The position numbers and the translations under genes were made by a program. Source: Botryllus schlosseri (Eukaryota). Taken from it: 64,000 nucleotides of DNA. Shown piece after piece: positions 26,701 to 39,117 of the stretch (the stretch's first letter is position 1; every line of letters begins with the position of its first letter). The notes beneath the pieces are model-generated. The model was not told the DNA's origin, searched no databases, and was given only the letters and a program-made list of their open reading frames with translations. The DNA is taken from assembly GCA_051294905.1 (NCBI GenBank), contig CM119371.1:25174001-25238000 (forward strand), given 5' to 3'.

Positions 26701-27897
26701 GACATTGAAAATTTAAAATATAGGTTCAATATGGTTCGTTTGACGAAAAAGGCTTCCGACCCCTGTTTTAAACGGTCCAGAAATATCTAAGGATTACATC
26801 GCTATGCACCATTTTTATGTTCAACAGTCATAATTTATCCATTTCGTAACAATAATATATAACTACGAGCTACAACTATTGAACTATTGACGACGATTTC
26901 GAGGTTCAAACCATTCCATATCTTTTACGTCGACTGTGTCAAGTTGAAATCGCCCATGGGCACTTACTACATAATCGCATGTTTACGCGAGAGCATAACA
27001 ATTTAGGCATAATTACACAATGAAAAATAAATTGCATTTTAATAAAGTTTTTAAAGCACCAATTAGTTTTAAATGCAACACTAGTCCTGACATCACATTC
27101 GAACATAGTCCCTAGCAAATGAAGTAATCGTTCAATCGAAAGCGACGGATATTGTACGTTGTAGTTGATGAATATTCTCGTTCGCTTCATGAGCTATGAA
27201 CACGATAATAGCTTGTTCATTGTAGATAGTCGTATGATTTCGATGCTTACCGGACGAAGCAAATGCTATCGTTATCTTCAGAAGTTAGCTTGGCAGCGCA
27301 TACAATCCACGGAAAAGAAGAATTGAAACTGACTTCTTTCAACCTATTAGCAAATTGATTCCGATTGTTGACTGGTGAAAATGTATCGTTTTTGAATTAT
27401 GTTGAAGTAATCACTAGCATTATGATAATACCGAAACAAAATTGTTCCAAATAATCCGAAGATTTTAAGGACATATTTCATGCAATTTATTAGCCAGCGA
27501 CATTAGACCATGAGGACTTCTAGTCATGGCGACATGTGAGCTAGGGGAATATGAGCATGTCGACACAAGATCATGATCAAATGACTTCCCTTCACGTTGG
27601 CAATAGATACTGGAGACATATAGTTCGAGTCGGCAAAACCATAGAACTCCATTATTGTTCGTTGCATGGCCGCCTTACCATAAAGTACGAACGAAAAAGC
27701 ATGTGCGGCATGCTTACAAGCGAACGTATCTCTTAGTGTTCTATTTGAATGGTGATATTCCTTACACTCTTGTTGGGGATATACCGAGCCAACTAATACT
27801 CACATTTGAATTTCTACAAGTAGCTTACACTGTTGGTTACCACCGAAGCACGACTGAGTATTTTGATAAGAGCATGTAGTTTCCGTATACATCCCTC
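8783..27897 (-). CDS. Multi-exon LDLa-containing rhodopsin-class GPCR (LGR/GRL101-like 7TM, no LRR next to the membrane), 3' part. Exons 5'->3': 27897-27804, 27343-27251, 24806-24746, 24578-24471, 22463-22334, 18455-18307, 18243-18062, 15364-15239, 11426-11316, 11251-11033, 10326-10172, 9140-8973, 8904-8783 (TAG)
   Basis: Manual splicing at GT..AG sites with matching phases gives ...YFICDGDLNKTHIPEKA|VCDGKKDCASGIDECQPGCIVSAFSDEKSLITNKGVLFLVWMF|SIIAITG...LSISDLLVG|LYTLAI...WRSSTTCSLLG...SEQSVLTMVLITVYRLLAVT|RPM...FGYYSSHTVCLP...TNFLAF...TDFLCWVP...LPINSALNPFLYS...MQSEF*. TDFxCWxP, SExSV and PINSALNPxLY are LGR/RXFP/GRL101 hallmarks. Exons upstream of 24522 are less certain than the TM exons. 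Confidence 0.9.
11468..12763. mobile_element. hAT-type MITE with an internal ~330-bp duplication
   Basis: Perfect 8-bp TSD acgagcgc (11460-11467, 12764-12771); degenerate TIR cagcaccataac/gttacggccctg. Confidence 0.75.
13352..14525 (+). mobile_element. Decayed Charlie/Buster hAT element with C-terminal transposase remnants, nested in an (AACCCT)-rich repeat spanning ~12995-14640
   Basis: Translated fragments HLGKFHTDMVI*FQDIFQLEIPHWLFNPF, SAVTKLLTDSRSR and LKPNMTRL...HQLHPSHY*. Confidence 0.7.
14854..15166. mobile_element. Short hAT-type MITE
   Basis: cagtggttctcaacc ... gtttgataaccacta termini. Confidence 0.6.
16298..16319. repeat. (TA)n microsatellite
   Basis: Direct read. Confidence 0.9.
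17350..17825. mobile_element. hAT MITE with an internal 69-bp tandem repeat (~2.6 copies, 17532-17712)
   Basis: TIR tagggttacca/tggtaaccctt; TSD gattatac/ggttatac. Confidence 0.8.
19960..20551 (+). mobile_element. hAT MITE rich in GACTCGAGTC motifs (other copies at 47299-47798 and 48277-49100)
   Basis: TIR cagggttgtaa/ttacaatcctg; TSD gtaaaaat/gtagaaat. Confidence 0.85.
20966..22073 (-). mobile_element. Charlie-like MITE, same family as 1955-3119
   Basis: cagtggttctt/ggaaccgctg termini; internal gaactcagggatatatagaact matches the reverse complement of ~2141-2163. Confidence 0.75.
23862..24448 (-). mobile_element. hAT MITE
   Basis: cagggctggctaac/gttggccggccctg termini. Confidence 0.75.
24986..26311. 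mobile_element. Composite hAT MITE
   Basis: TIR cagcggttctcaa/ttgagaatcactg; perfect TSD ttctagtt. Confidence 0.8.
26575..27083. mobile_element. MITE (tagggttgcatt family; related pieces at ~32315-32590 and ~53305-53847)
   Basis: tagggttgcatt/aatgcaacacta termini; shares aaaaaggcttccga and other segments with the related pieces. Confidence 0.6.
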
Positions 27898-28351
27898 CTG
27901 AAATTGAAAACAGGGGAAAATAAGTGTATCTTGCATAGGCATGTGTGGGGTACATTGATCGGACGATGCTCTGCTATATTCACAAAGCTTGATTCGGTAT
28001 AAAGATGATATCTATTGTCTTGGAGTCCTTTATTCGGGAATGTTGAGAAACTATACAGTTTTAAACCGCCTAATCGTTTGAACCAAATCCGAGCGCAGTT
28101 CAATCAGTTCACTGGTTAATATACCTCGTTTGGACTCTCTTCATTTGTGAACGGCTGCACAATTAACAATAGAAAATTACGTCTGGAAAATATCCTCCAA
28201 CATTTATTGTGGCACATTGATACGCTCAGGCGGTGAAGTCGATTTTATTTTTGATTTACTGCGGGGTATCGGTTTAAAAAATACTATACTTGGCGAATTC
28301 GTCCAAGCAATAACAACTTGAAATATTTCATTTTGATACAATAGTCTATAC

Positions 28352-29152
28352 CAGGGGTGGGCAAACTGTTTATCTCACGGGCCGCATTCAACAATTGAAT
28401 CTATTCGAGGGTCATACTATATAAAATTGGGATAGTAAGCCAAAATATTGTTATTTTAATATATAGTGAAATCATATACCTGTATTTGTATGTTTAAAAC
28501 AAACCAAACATTGATTTCATGATGACGTACACGAGACAGAAACATTAACTAGGATTTATAAGCAGGTCGCTCTCATTGTAAAAATTTAGAGATGAATTTC
28601 TTTTGTCTCGATTCTTCGGGATGTAAATTTGAGTCTGTGAGCAGCGATATGTTCATATATTTCCTGAATGTACTTTTGGTTTAACTCTAGGACACACAAC
28701 AGCATCATAACCATGTTACCTTTAAATACGCTTCTACGATATATAAATGCCATAAATAATAATACTTGTAACACACTCGCGAATCGGTTTTTACATCACT
28801 AAAAGTAATAAATTTGCTCGTGTTGCCAATCTTAAATCTCATTCGTGGTCGGAATCAAGTCATTCACGCTTCACTATATGTGATGTATAGATATTGAAAC
28901 ATTTCATAATGCATGAGCCTCAAGGTCGGGCTACCGCGCCATCAACGGAAGAAAATACTATGGTAGGAATGTAAGTCGTCATTATCATGTTGAAATATAT
29001 TAAGAAAAAGTTTAATCATGTGTCAATAGTAATTTGATTTTTAGTACGCATTTAATCATTATTTTTACAATATATATGGGGGCTTTCGTGGACCGCAAAT
29101 AATGGTGTTGCGGGCTGCATGCGGCCCGCGAGTTGTAGTTTTTCCGCCGCTG
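28352..29152. mobile_element. hAT MITE
   Basis: caggggtgggcaaac start; TSD gtctatac/gtccatac. Confidence 0.8.
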
Positions 29153-30752
29153 GTCCATACAATCCCAACTTACATTTGAAGGATTTACCGTTATTGGTAA
29201 CTGATTAGATTTGTATTGCACTGTTTATAAACCCTTGATAGGTATTGAGCTATCACAGCGGTTCCCGGGAATCAAAAAACAGAAATATTACGTTCTGTTC
29301 TACTGCAAATGGAACCATTATCACCGGTAATATTACCACGAGAAATATTTGTGTAGGACACAATACATATAATATTAATATTATAAATTAGAAGTATTGT
29401 ACACTTTAGATCAACGTTGTACTATATTTTACATCCAGTCAATCCGCTCAGAAGCATAAACTCCATATTTCTAGCGACAGCTACAGTCATTGGCATAATG
29501 TAATATGGAATATCTGGTACACCCAAGAACTCCGCATTTTAGTGGTAGGCCGAAACATTATAACAACTGTAGTGTTGTGTACGACACACTCGATTGAAAA
29601 AAACAACTGCACCAGCTCATTGCACGCCGTGTGCGTTCAAATATCAGAAAAGTTGTACGACAATTCGCGCTTCAACGTCATTTCAAGTTTGTTGTTAATG
29701 CAACATGTAAGCCATTCTACGTGTTGATATTCAGTTTACTGACTTTCATATTATTAAAATCCACCTAAAACGTTTGGAACCAACCGTAATACGTACTGAA
29801 GAAATACTCACAAATATTTTAAACAACTCAGTTCCAAGTAGAGTAGTGTGGACAAAGTCTTGATGTGGGTAACTAAAGGCCAAATATATTGCACAAAAAT
29901 AGCGGCGACTTCACCATTATTATACTCACCAAATTTATTCTCATGAACTTTATGCTCGGTGCATTTTGAATCGAAATCTGAACAATAAAGACATATATCT
30001 GCATCAATCATGAAAACAATCGTGACTAGAATATGATGACTCATAATGAGATTTATATCACACTACATAAAAGAAATTCGAATATTTATCGGATATCCAC
30101 AGCAGCCCATATTGCAAATCAGGTAAACGACCATTTCTGGTGCCAAATTTGTTTTGGCATATTTTCCAATGGGCTATAAACGGTGAATGCAAGATGAAGT
30201 TTGCACCCAGTAGTAAGTAAACCTGTCATTCTGCTACCAGCAGCTAGTGGTATCTCTTGATGATCGTAAAAATTACCATGATGTGGTTATCTCAGTCATG
30301 CATACTTTCCAACTGCATGACGCTTGAATACGTGTCGATAACTTATCATGAATCGATTGGTGAACAATGAGCCTATTACATAGCTGAAACTTTCAGCACA
30401 TAGTCGCCGTTTTTACTTGACTAATCGCACTATTCCTTGCCTAGATGATGATCTATGAACCTTGTAAAAGCCTATTTATTTTTGACGTAAAAACGATTAT
30501 ATATGATAATTACTCGAATACGATTAGGATTACTGTTTGTTTTCACGAATACTAGAAAATCATCGTAATCTTAGTAATCGATTGCGAACACAAATCGCGA
30601 TTACACTGCATGACGTCACATCTTCATGTTCATGTTCCTGCTCGCAGCGACCGTTTTTTGAATGTTCGCATTCATACAAACCCAAATCTTTCATGGTTTC
30701 GAAGCACGTCCACTAAGTATTCTACAAAGACAGTACAATAAAGCGATCTCAC

Positions 30753-30796
30753 CTAAGACGCAGTGCTTTTCATTTTCTGCGTAATTGCAGTCTAAT
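30753..30796 (-). CDS. GPCR ectodomain exon (second half of an LDLa-like module: KLDCNYAENEKHCVL)
   Basis: ttacag| acceptor and |gtgaga donor; phase 2 start completes VCDK-K from the 32602 exon. Confidence 0.75.
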
Positions 30797-32601
30797 CTGT
30801 AAATAAATTACCATGTCACTTTACTGAAATAATAGACTGTGTGACTTCACACATCCCATGCAAAAAAACTTTCTGTGCAATGATTATAGAATAAATGAGT
30901 TATAAATGAGAGTTGCAGTGATTGCCGAGACGCAATAATTCGACCATCGAGCAAATTGCACTAAGCCTTATCCGTGACGTAATTGGCGAATTCGTTGTGG
31001 AAGAAGAGTCCCGCAATTGTAAGATTCGCAGGTAATAAAACCAAGTGGAACAGGGAAATCTATGTGACTGACTGTCCGTCCTTTCACAACGAGCGACACT
31101 GCGTTTAAACAGTTTTGCCGTTCGCAGATTTGTTTTTATTTTTAAAGGCGATGTCTGATTGAGCTACAATGTCCCAATTCTGATAGGTGTCCTGATTATG
31201 AATTGTGTGCTTCTTTTTGTCCTTGGTCACGGTGGCGAGATCAAAATTTTATGGCGCCAAAATATAAGGATCTCTCTCGGCGTACCTCTCACGTTGAAGT
31301 GTTGCTATACTTCAAATGTACCTCTCTGACGTGTGACTGTCCGATCGTCTGGTGTGTTGATTTGTTATGTTTCAAGTAACCGGGCTTACTCTCCATGATG
31401 ATGCCATAAACTAGACCGAGACATGACGAAAGACCTTCAAACTATGAAGATTAATAGGAAGGTAATTGAACAACTAGTTTTGATTCTGATAAGGCAAAAT
31501 ATATGAATCAGAAAGGTTGAAATAAGCCAGTGTAAGAGCGTGTTTCGTGACCACACTACACCTAGCCCAACTGCAAAATCAGCAATTGTGACATTACTCT
31601 TTCGGCCCCAGGAAAAGACACTGCCTCAAATCATATTGATACCAAAATATATAACGGAGTCACAATGATTAGATAAAGTCGGTCGGGGAGATGTTGAAGC
31701 AGATTGCTACTGGCAAAAACGATGTACTGTGATATGTGATATACAATTCTAATTTTCGGTTATCTTTTTAATTGTTATTATCATTATCATAATATTTTTT
31801 TCCGGGGTCGATGACAACCCTGGCTGTAACTATATCGTTGCTGTAACTATAACGTTGCACGTTCGGGTTGGATACACACTGCTCGAGAACTTTATGCCAA
31901 TCGTGGCTTTCAAGTTCTTCTGTCATCGTCAAAACATTTATTTAAACGCCTTTTCGATTGCAAAAAGCCGTATGTCGGCTTTAACTCACGGTTAACCACA
32001 GATGATAACTGCTGGAGTGATTTGTGATTTATCTATTTATACGACCAAGAATTGATTTTACTGTTGCTGTTTGGTGTTCACACTGTTTCGACTTCGGTGG
32101 TCCTTTCATATTCACCTCAAGCCGATCATCTTTTTTATGATTTTTGAGCGACCAACGTTTCGCACGAAAATATTCCCGCGAAGGCTCACTGTGCCATAAG
32201 GCGCTAATCAAAAAAGATATGGTCGGCCTCTTTTATCGTCCTCCAGAAACACAGCAATTATTCACCGATATCAGTATGGTAGTAAACCAATACGGCTTTA
32301 TGTAGGCGTAACACTAGGGTCGCATTTAAAACAAAAACCAATTTAAAACAAACATGTTTAAAGGAAGACCCTTGTTAAAACAGGTTTTTTTAATTCAATC
32401 GTGACATCATAGTGGATTGACATTGACAATTGAAAATGTAATGTAAATATAGCTCCTTTGACAGAATATATGTACTAATGCAGTTGAATCGACAATTTGA
32501 CGGGTTCAAACCATCCCTGTGGCATAATTTTACAAAGTTTCATTTGATACATATTAACCGACTACATGACAGTAGTTTGGCGTACATTGTACACTACTTA
32601 C

Positions 32602-32686
32602 TTCTTATCGCAAACTTCTATCTTACTGACTTCGATTTGCTTTGAGTTGTTCGATTCCTTACATCGAAGAAAGTGGCGATTCCCAT
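32602..32686 (-). CDS. GPCR ectodomain exon (DGNRHFLRCKESNNSKQIEVSKIEVCDK)
   Basis: catag| acceptor and |gtaagt donor; phase 1-2, consistent with both neighbours. Confidence 0.75.
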
Positions 32687-32754
32687 CTATGATTGAACTC
32701 GGGTAATAAAATGAGCTTCTCCGCTTTACAGCCGCAGAAATGCTAATTACATAC

Positions 32755-33007
32755 CCCGTCCATGTCTCTCGCAGATTCCGGGACGTTCGGTTGATTGACA
32801 AAGGCATTCGTCAGTCAAATCGGGACAGTGAAATGACCCGTCACACAAATGGAATATAGGGATGATTATGTGGGGATGTCCAACGCAACGGAAGCATCTC
32901 GTGTCAAGATGATCTTGAAATATCATATCAGATAGCGGCGGGTATAATATGGGTGATATATCACAAATTCTTGTATCAGTGAAGGGGATTTTGCATGTGT
33001 TAAGAGA
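32755..33007 (-). CDS. GPCR ectodomain exon with LDLa-like module (...CFRCVGHPHIIIPIFHLCDGSFHCPDLTDECLC...)
   Basis: Open frame with CDGxxxCxDxxDE motif; donor |gtatgt. The acceptor position is uncertain. Confidence 0.75.
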
Positions 33008-33919
33008 CTACCCTTACTCTAATAATAAAAACATTTGCTCTTTTCTCCAAATCTCAACCCAGCGGAGACTTCACCACTTGGCGGGACTCTCATGTTCCAG
33101 TCAGCATTTAAATAGCCGCTCTGGCGCTGCGCGCTAAGCAGCTCCTAAATATGGCTCCATACTAAAACGGAACCGGGCTTAATGTGAATGAAATTTCTCA
33201 AGGTATTTGTATCACTCTTTAATAATGTACACCATACGTCTATCAATGATCCCTGAACATGTTCTAGCCCGGATTTCCTACCTGAAAAAAATTTATTTAC
33301 ATGGAAATTGAAATTGGAGATTTATTTTACGAACTAATCTATGATTAACAATGCGCGATATGACTTTATAAGGACTTCTACTAGCTCGTGACCCTATGTT
33401 AACTGTTACCGTATAAACAGTTAAGCACTGACGGCAATCTGACGGGAAAAAGTTGCGAAGATACCGGGCGTTCAACGTGAGACAGTTTGAAAGCTACCAC
33501 CAGTCCACATCTAATATCCTATTACTTTTGCTCGCTTGAAAAATCACCATCGCCAAAATATGATTTATTAACTAAAGAACATTTTACATGATTGCAGGTG
33601 TGCCGCGCATACCAACATCACAGTCTAAATATGGTTTATATAGTAATGTAACTTAATTCATAAAAGTAGACAATGGGCTATTTACAACAGTATAAGGTAG
33701 TCTAAAAGGTGTAAAATGAATGATGTTATTTCGTAACCTCTGGTAAAGAGTGTCGCGCTTCTCAAAATACATTGCAATCCCTCACAAATACAAAGCCTAA
33801 ATTCTCAACTGTGGAGACACGTGCGATTCCAAATTCGGATTTCTTTACTGAGTGAGATATTTTCCGCTGCTGGTGGCATTTCTATTACGGGGCTTGGATT
33901 ATTAAAAGGACAATACTAT

Positions 33920-34460
33920 CTAGCCGTAACCAGCGTTGTAGCGGGTTACACAGCTGCAACACTGGATTGCGGGTTCGAGTTCGACTGAGGTCGAGTCCAG
34001 AATTCCTACCCATGGAGGTTTATATCGGCTCCTCCTCGCCGAGTGATCCGCGTAAGCGCTGACTTAAAAAAGCGTCAAAGTGGGCCGTGCTACCAGTCGG
34101 TAAATACGGAATCATAATAAAGAATACCGGCCTGGTTTGTTTGTTTTGAGGTATCCAGGGTATCATATACACCAGACCAATTTATTTTTATGCCGCAGCT
34201 GCCGACTGGTAGCACGGCCTGTACACTTCTAGGATTTTATAAGACACTATTTTCACGAATGAGATATCGTGGAGGAGCCTGAGTAAACCCCCAACGCTTT
34301 GGTAGGAATTCTGGAGTCGGACTCGAACCCGCATCCCATTGGTGTTGAAGCTATGGATTATACCATTACGCTATCTCGCCAATCTTGAATATCGGCCTGG
34401 TGTAACATGGCCAACGTAGTTGAAACACCATGAATATCACAAACAAACAAACAAACAAAT
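33920..34460. mobile_element. Cluster of tRNA-derived SINEs: + copy (~33920-34136), - copy (~34168-34380) and a tail fragment with (CAAA)n (34393-34460)
   Basis: A-box TAGCGTAATGG and B-box GGTTCGAGTCC in the minus copy; shared body with 48597-48866. Confidence 0.8.
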
Positions 34461-34913
34461 ACAAACTAATATGCACCGTCATTTCGGCGCCTGGACAGAA
34501 TAATATTGAAAGTGTCGGTCAATATGCGGCGGTCATTTTAGACAAAGGTCTTATCGCCGTCGAACAGATTTGGTTCGCACGTCACGGAGTCGCATAGGCC
34601 TAAACTTTACATGACTTGATGTGTCCTGACGCCGAGGTCGTTCACGTCAACATGCGGCGCTGCACACCCCTTGACTGAAGCACTTATAAGGTCTCGCGCG
34701 CTCCTGGGAATATGCTGTTTTCCTAAAATTACCAACACACTTGGACTAAATTTCAAATAATTTGCCTAATGTTTTGATTTTCATTTTTCCGGAGTACGAA
34801 CACATATTAAAACATATTAAGATATCTAGTGCCTTATAATTCTCATGTTGAAGCCTTCTGACCTAAAATACTTTACCGTGAGGAATTCCTATCTTTTACA
34901 CTATGCTTTAGGG

Positions 34914-37900
34914 CAGTGCTTTTCAACCTGTGTGACGGTTCACCCTTGTGCGAATGAAAAATTATCAGGGCGAATGACAAGGGTGGTGCGAATGGTGCTA
35001 ATGTAAATCCCGCATGAGTGCGAATGAAAATTGTCCATATTTCTCACATTTTCTGACGTGGAATAATTCAAATAAATTTAATAGGATGATAGGTACTAGG
35101 AGTCCGTAACTTAGTAAGTGACGTAGCTGTGTTTTTTTCTAGTTTACAAGTGAAGAACGCTCCCGATGCGTTTATATTATAAGTTTGAGAGAATTTTTCC
35201 GAGTGAGAGGAATTCGTCACCGCCTAGAAAAAAAGTAGTGGAATCGGTATCAGTTGCTCGGAAACATCCGCCGAGTACGGATCTAGTAAGTGATAGCAGC
35301 CGATGCCAGTGTTGACATTTGGCATATTTGAATGCAAAGTATTGAAATTTGGCACATATTCATTTTGGTTGGCACCAGGATTTTGTGTTTATCACGTTGG
35401 CACTTTCGGCTTTCTTCAACTACAACAATTAGCACATTAGATCAGCAACAAGTATTGTTTAACCGTGTACCTGACCAAGTATTAGAGGCTGTTAAAAATA
35501 AAATTAAAGTAAGCACATTGGTGTCTTACGTCCCTTGAATCTTTATCTTGCATTACATCGAATTATTAAGTCAGTTGGCAGTTTATCTACCAGAGTTGGT
35601 CAAAGGAGTTAAGAAAGCTACTCAAGTAGAAGTAGAAGTAGCGACGAAAAAATCTACACAACTACGAGCAGAAGTACTTCTTCCATAAGCCACCTAAAAT
35701 ACTTGAAGTAGAAGTATAATTGACTGACATTAAATCTACTTAAGTAAGTATTGTGAAAACGATCATAATTCGTTCGCATGGACGGTCAAAAGCTGCAAAA
35801 GGCGCTATGCGGAAGGTGTAGTGAGCTTGATTCATATATTGATGCATTCCAGGAGGTGTCAATTTTTGACAGAATAAGCAGTCGTCCACATCATGGGATA
35901 TAAATGATAGTATTGATATGGAAATGCGATACTAATCCTTTGTTTACTCGAACACCCGGTTTTACAGAATATAATGGCATGGCACCCTCCCCCATATTAT
36001 AAGCCCCTTAGTTCAGTCGAAGAGCAATACGGAGAAGTTGTGTCGGATACGGCTTTAACACTTTCCGCGACTAGCATACGCTAATTAAAAATATGGCAGA
36101 TCGTTAAAATGCCATAAGTGTACAACTTTATTTTCGGAAAATATAAGGTATTACTTCACTTTCTTTTATACTTCAACATGTATGTTCTCCAGATAAAAGA
36201 ACTGAAACTATAATTAGAACTCAACGTATAATACTCGTAATTGAAAGAAAAATATAAATACTACTTCTCAAAAGCGGAAAATACATTTCCTGTCTTTTGT
36301 CCAGGTAGTTTCAACAGTGGTCTGCTTAAACAGGTCTAAGGTTAAGAAAAGTCAAAGTCCACTTTTCCAGATTAGGACACGTCATGGGCTGCTGGGTATA
36401 ATAGGTAGTTGCTAGATTGCGAAACGGTAGTTTCAAACGTTATGGGGCGCCATAGTAACTGTGATGAAGTATTTGATATAGGCTACAATGCGGTGTGAAC
36501 GGAACCATGCAACCCGGTATCTGAATTATATTCAGCGATACTTTCGTTAAAACATGTTTGTCACGCCATATCTACTGTGCGCGAAGCGCAACGAAAATTC
36601 TGGGTATTACATGACTTTTATGAAAATTAAATGTTGGTACTACTTGAAAACAGCCCCGAAATTCCTTAGGCTATCTGTCTTATTGGTGGATTAAACTGAA
36701 AATAGCGAAAAGTAAGTAAGTAGTTCACGAAGTAGAAGTTGAAGTATCGAAAAATAGATGTACTTGAGTAAGTACCAGAATTAGAGGAACACTACTTGAG
36801 TACTTCGAAAAAGTACAGGTACTTCGTTACTGACCACATCTGTTATCTACTGACCATTGCAATAGACTGCTTGTAATGCGAACTGCGCCATTAAGGCTTA
36901 GACACGCTTTCCTGTTCTCGGACTGTTGATCTCACGCCGACTCACGTCAATGCATATACCTATATGTAACTAATTGGTGATGCCACTAGGCTTGCCGATC
37001 CATAGGAAAAATTTGCCTGGTTCGTATTCGTACCGCCTTTGTTTGTACTACAAACTTTGTAATATTGTGAACTCTACCGATTCAACTTGAGCACCCTCTG
37101 AAGAGCAAAATCAAATCCAGTGAAACATATGTCTCTCGATATTCCTTCTGTGACCTAATTTAAGATTAATTAGACTCGTTGAAACTTATTCCTCTTTATG
37201 TATAGGGATATTTGTGATATCAAAGATAATCTGGCCTTATTGCAGTCAGTTTGCCATTATTGTACGATTGCCCTTAAAGCCATCCCGCAGTTGGCAACCC
37301 TGAACCATATAACTGTGTGTTGATCATGAATCTTATCTAAGTAATATTTATTCATGAAGGTGTAAGTGTTGACAACCACAAAGATACCGCACGTTGTTCT
37401 TGAAAGATATGTTGATTTGTGTATTGCATAGATAAGAAGTGAATGAAGTCCAAGCCTATCCATAAATAACCGTCATGAATTACTCGGATTGTGTGGGTTT
37501 GTATAGCAATGCATTCCTATTTTTAACGCCCACCGTACCATAAAATCGACTAACATACTTTAATACGGTGAAGCATCTTGTCGAATGTTGTCGGAAAATA
37601 AACCAAAGGTGCTAGTTGCAACATTGATGCTACGATTCAATTGCAGTTTCACTCTTTTGTGCGTTCTAAATGCGAACACACTCACGACGCGATGACGTAA
37701 CATGTCGATTGAATGGAAAAACGATATTGTTGCCAATAAATATTGTTCTTGGGTTCGCTTGGAAGGAAATCACTGCACGATACCTCCGGGAAAAGCAACG
37801 AACACCTTGAGAACAACGGGAGAGCGATATCTGTGATTTTTCTACTGCAGTGATTTCAGTACTTGATTAGTCAATAATACGATACGCTGAATGTAAAATA

Positions 37901-38055
37901 AGGAAGCTCTGTACCTCGAAGATGCTCGTCGAATACAAAAGTGACAAGTTTCTTCATTTTCTTTTTGTTTAATAAATTCCGGCTCGCTGGTGCGATTGAA
38001 ATTATTTTTTGAAAATAAAAGCGCGAATGGAGCGCAAAAAGGTTGGAAAGCACTG
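34914..38055. mobile_element. 3.1-kb non-autonomous hAT element
   Basis: TIR cagtgcttttcaacc/ggttggaaagcactg; perfect TSD ctttaggg. Confidence 0.85.
35591..36842. mobile_element. hAT MITE with AAGTAG subterminal repeats (nested)
   Basis: Perfect TSD ttatctac; TIR cagagttggtca/tgaccacatctg. Confidence 0.85.
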
Positions 38056-38490
38056 CTTTAGGGAAACGTGAGACGCAGTTTGCTGAGCCTCTTCATCATG
38101 ACGTCAATGGTTTTTGGTTCCAGTCTTGATTATACCACGTCTCTATGTGTCGGAAGTTTACCTGCGCTCCTCATTGCTAACCTGGCTGCAATAGCAGTGT
38201 TTCAAAAACCGCAGATTGATGGTGAGTCGAGCCAAGAAAGCAGGCAGCAGAGATTAAGTCCCGGGCGCAAGCAAAACGAGAGTGACTCATGTTGGAAGCG
38301 CTAGTGTGGAAGTCGTCCGCAATATTGTGAAAGCAAATATCCTGAACATTACCAAGTAATAGTCGTGGAGCACATGACCTTCATAGGCGATACGCACCAC
38401 TTTTATGCATGAAATAGACAAACAAACACTACGCTTTAACAGGGGAAAACTAGAATATCGAAACAAAACATGCATGTTGCATTCGGTTAC

Positions 38491-38526
38491 CTATGTTGCC
38501 ATCTCCACATAAGCATTCATCTGTTC
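38491..38526 (-). CDS. Small ectodomain exon (GTDECLCGDGNI)
   Basis: ttgcag| acceptor and |gtaacc donor; completes CDGAAVCDA-GTDEC with the 41371 exon (phase 1). Confidence 0.7.
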   Translation of the reverse strand, partial: EQMNAYVEMAT

Positions 38527-39117
38527 CTGCAAACATGAAACACTTGTTAATATTCCGTAAGTGTGCTTAAAGTAATATCGTGTATAACATCGCTTTCCAA
38601 CTAAGTTCGAGCGTAATTCGGGTAAATGCACTTGATGGTATACAAATCCAGGGTTTCATACCCTTCCAATGGTTTAAATTACGCAAATATATCAATTTTA
38701 TGAAGTTAAATCCAACGGGTGTAGTGGCTTCTGCGCATTCCTGTACCACCTATAAGAAATACGAAAAGGGTGACACACAGAACTCACTATACGCCCCTGG
38801 ATATGTACCAATCGGCATTGCTGGATATGATTGATCTTCACCCGATTTCATAAGGGTGAGAACTGGGATTTGGTAGCTGACAGAGCACTTGCCTAATTTG
38901 TAGCGAACGCTACCTTATGAATACACTTATTTTGCACCCATGAATTCACTGTGTACACTGTTATTGAAAAGATTGTGTATTTACACCCGTGAACCATCCC
39001 TAACATACCGGTGTGAATTTGAATATACACCCATGGCACACGACACCTGAACCTACATCATGCTTATACCCGGTTTTAATCAAGTACAACATTTTATTTC
39101 ATCTTATGAATGTAAAT

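Noticed and set aside
37095..37140. Hammerhead-like CTGAAGA...GAAACATATGTC
   Set aside because: Helix I does not close (ccct versus tctc) and it is single-copy in the window.
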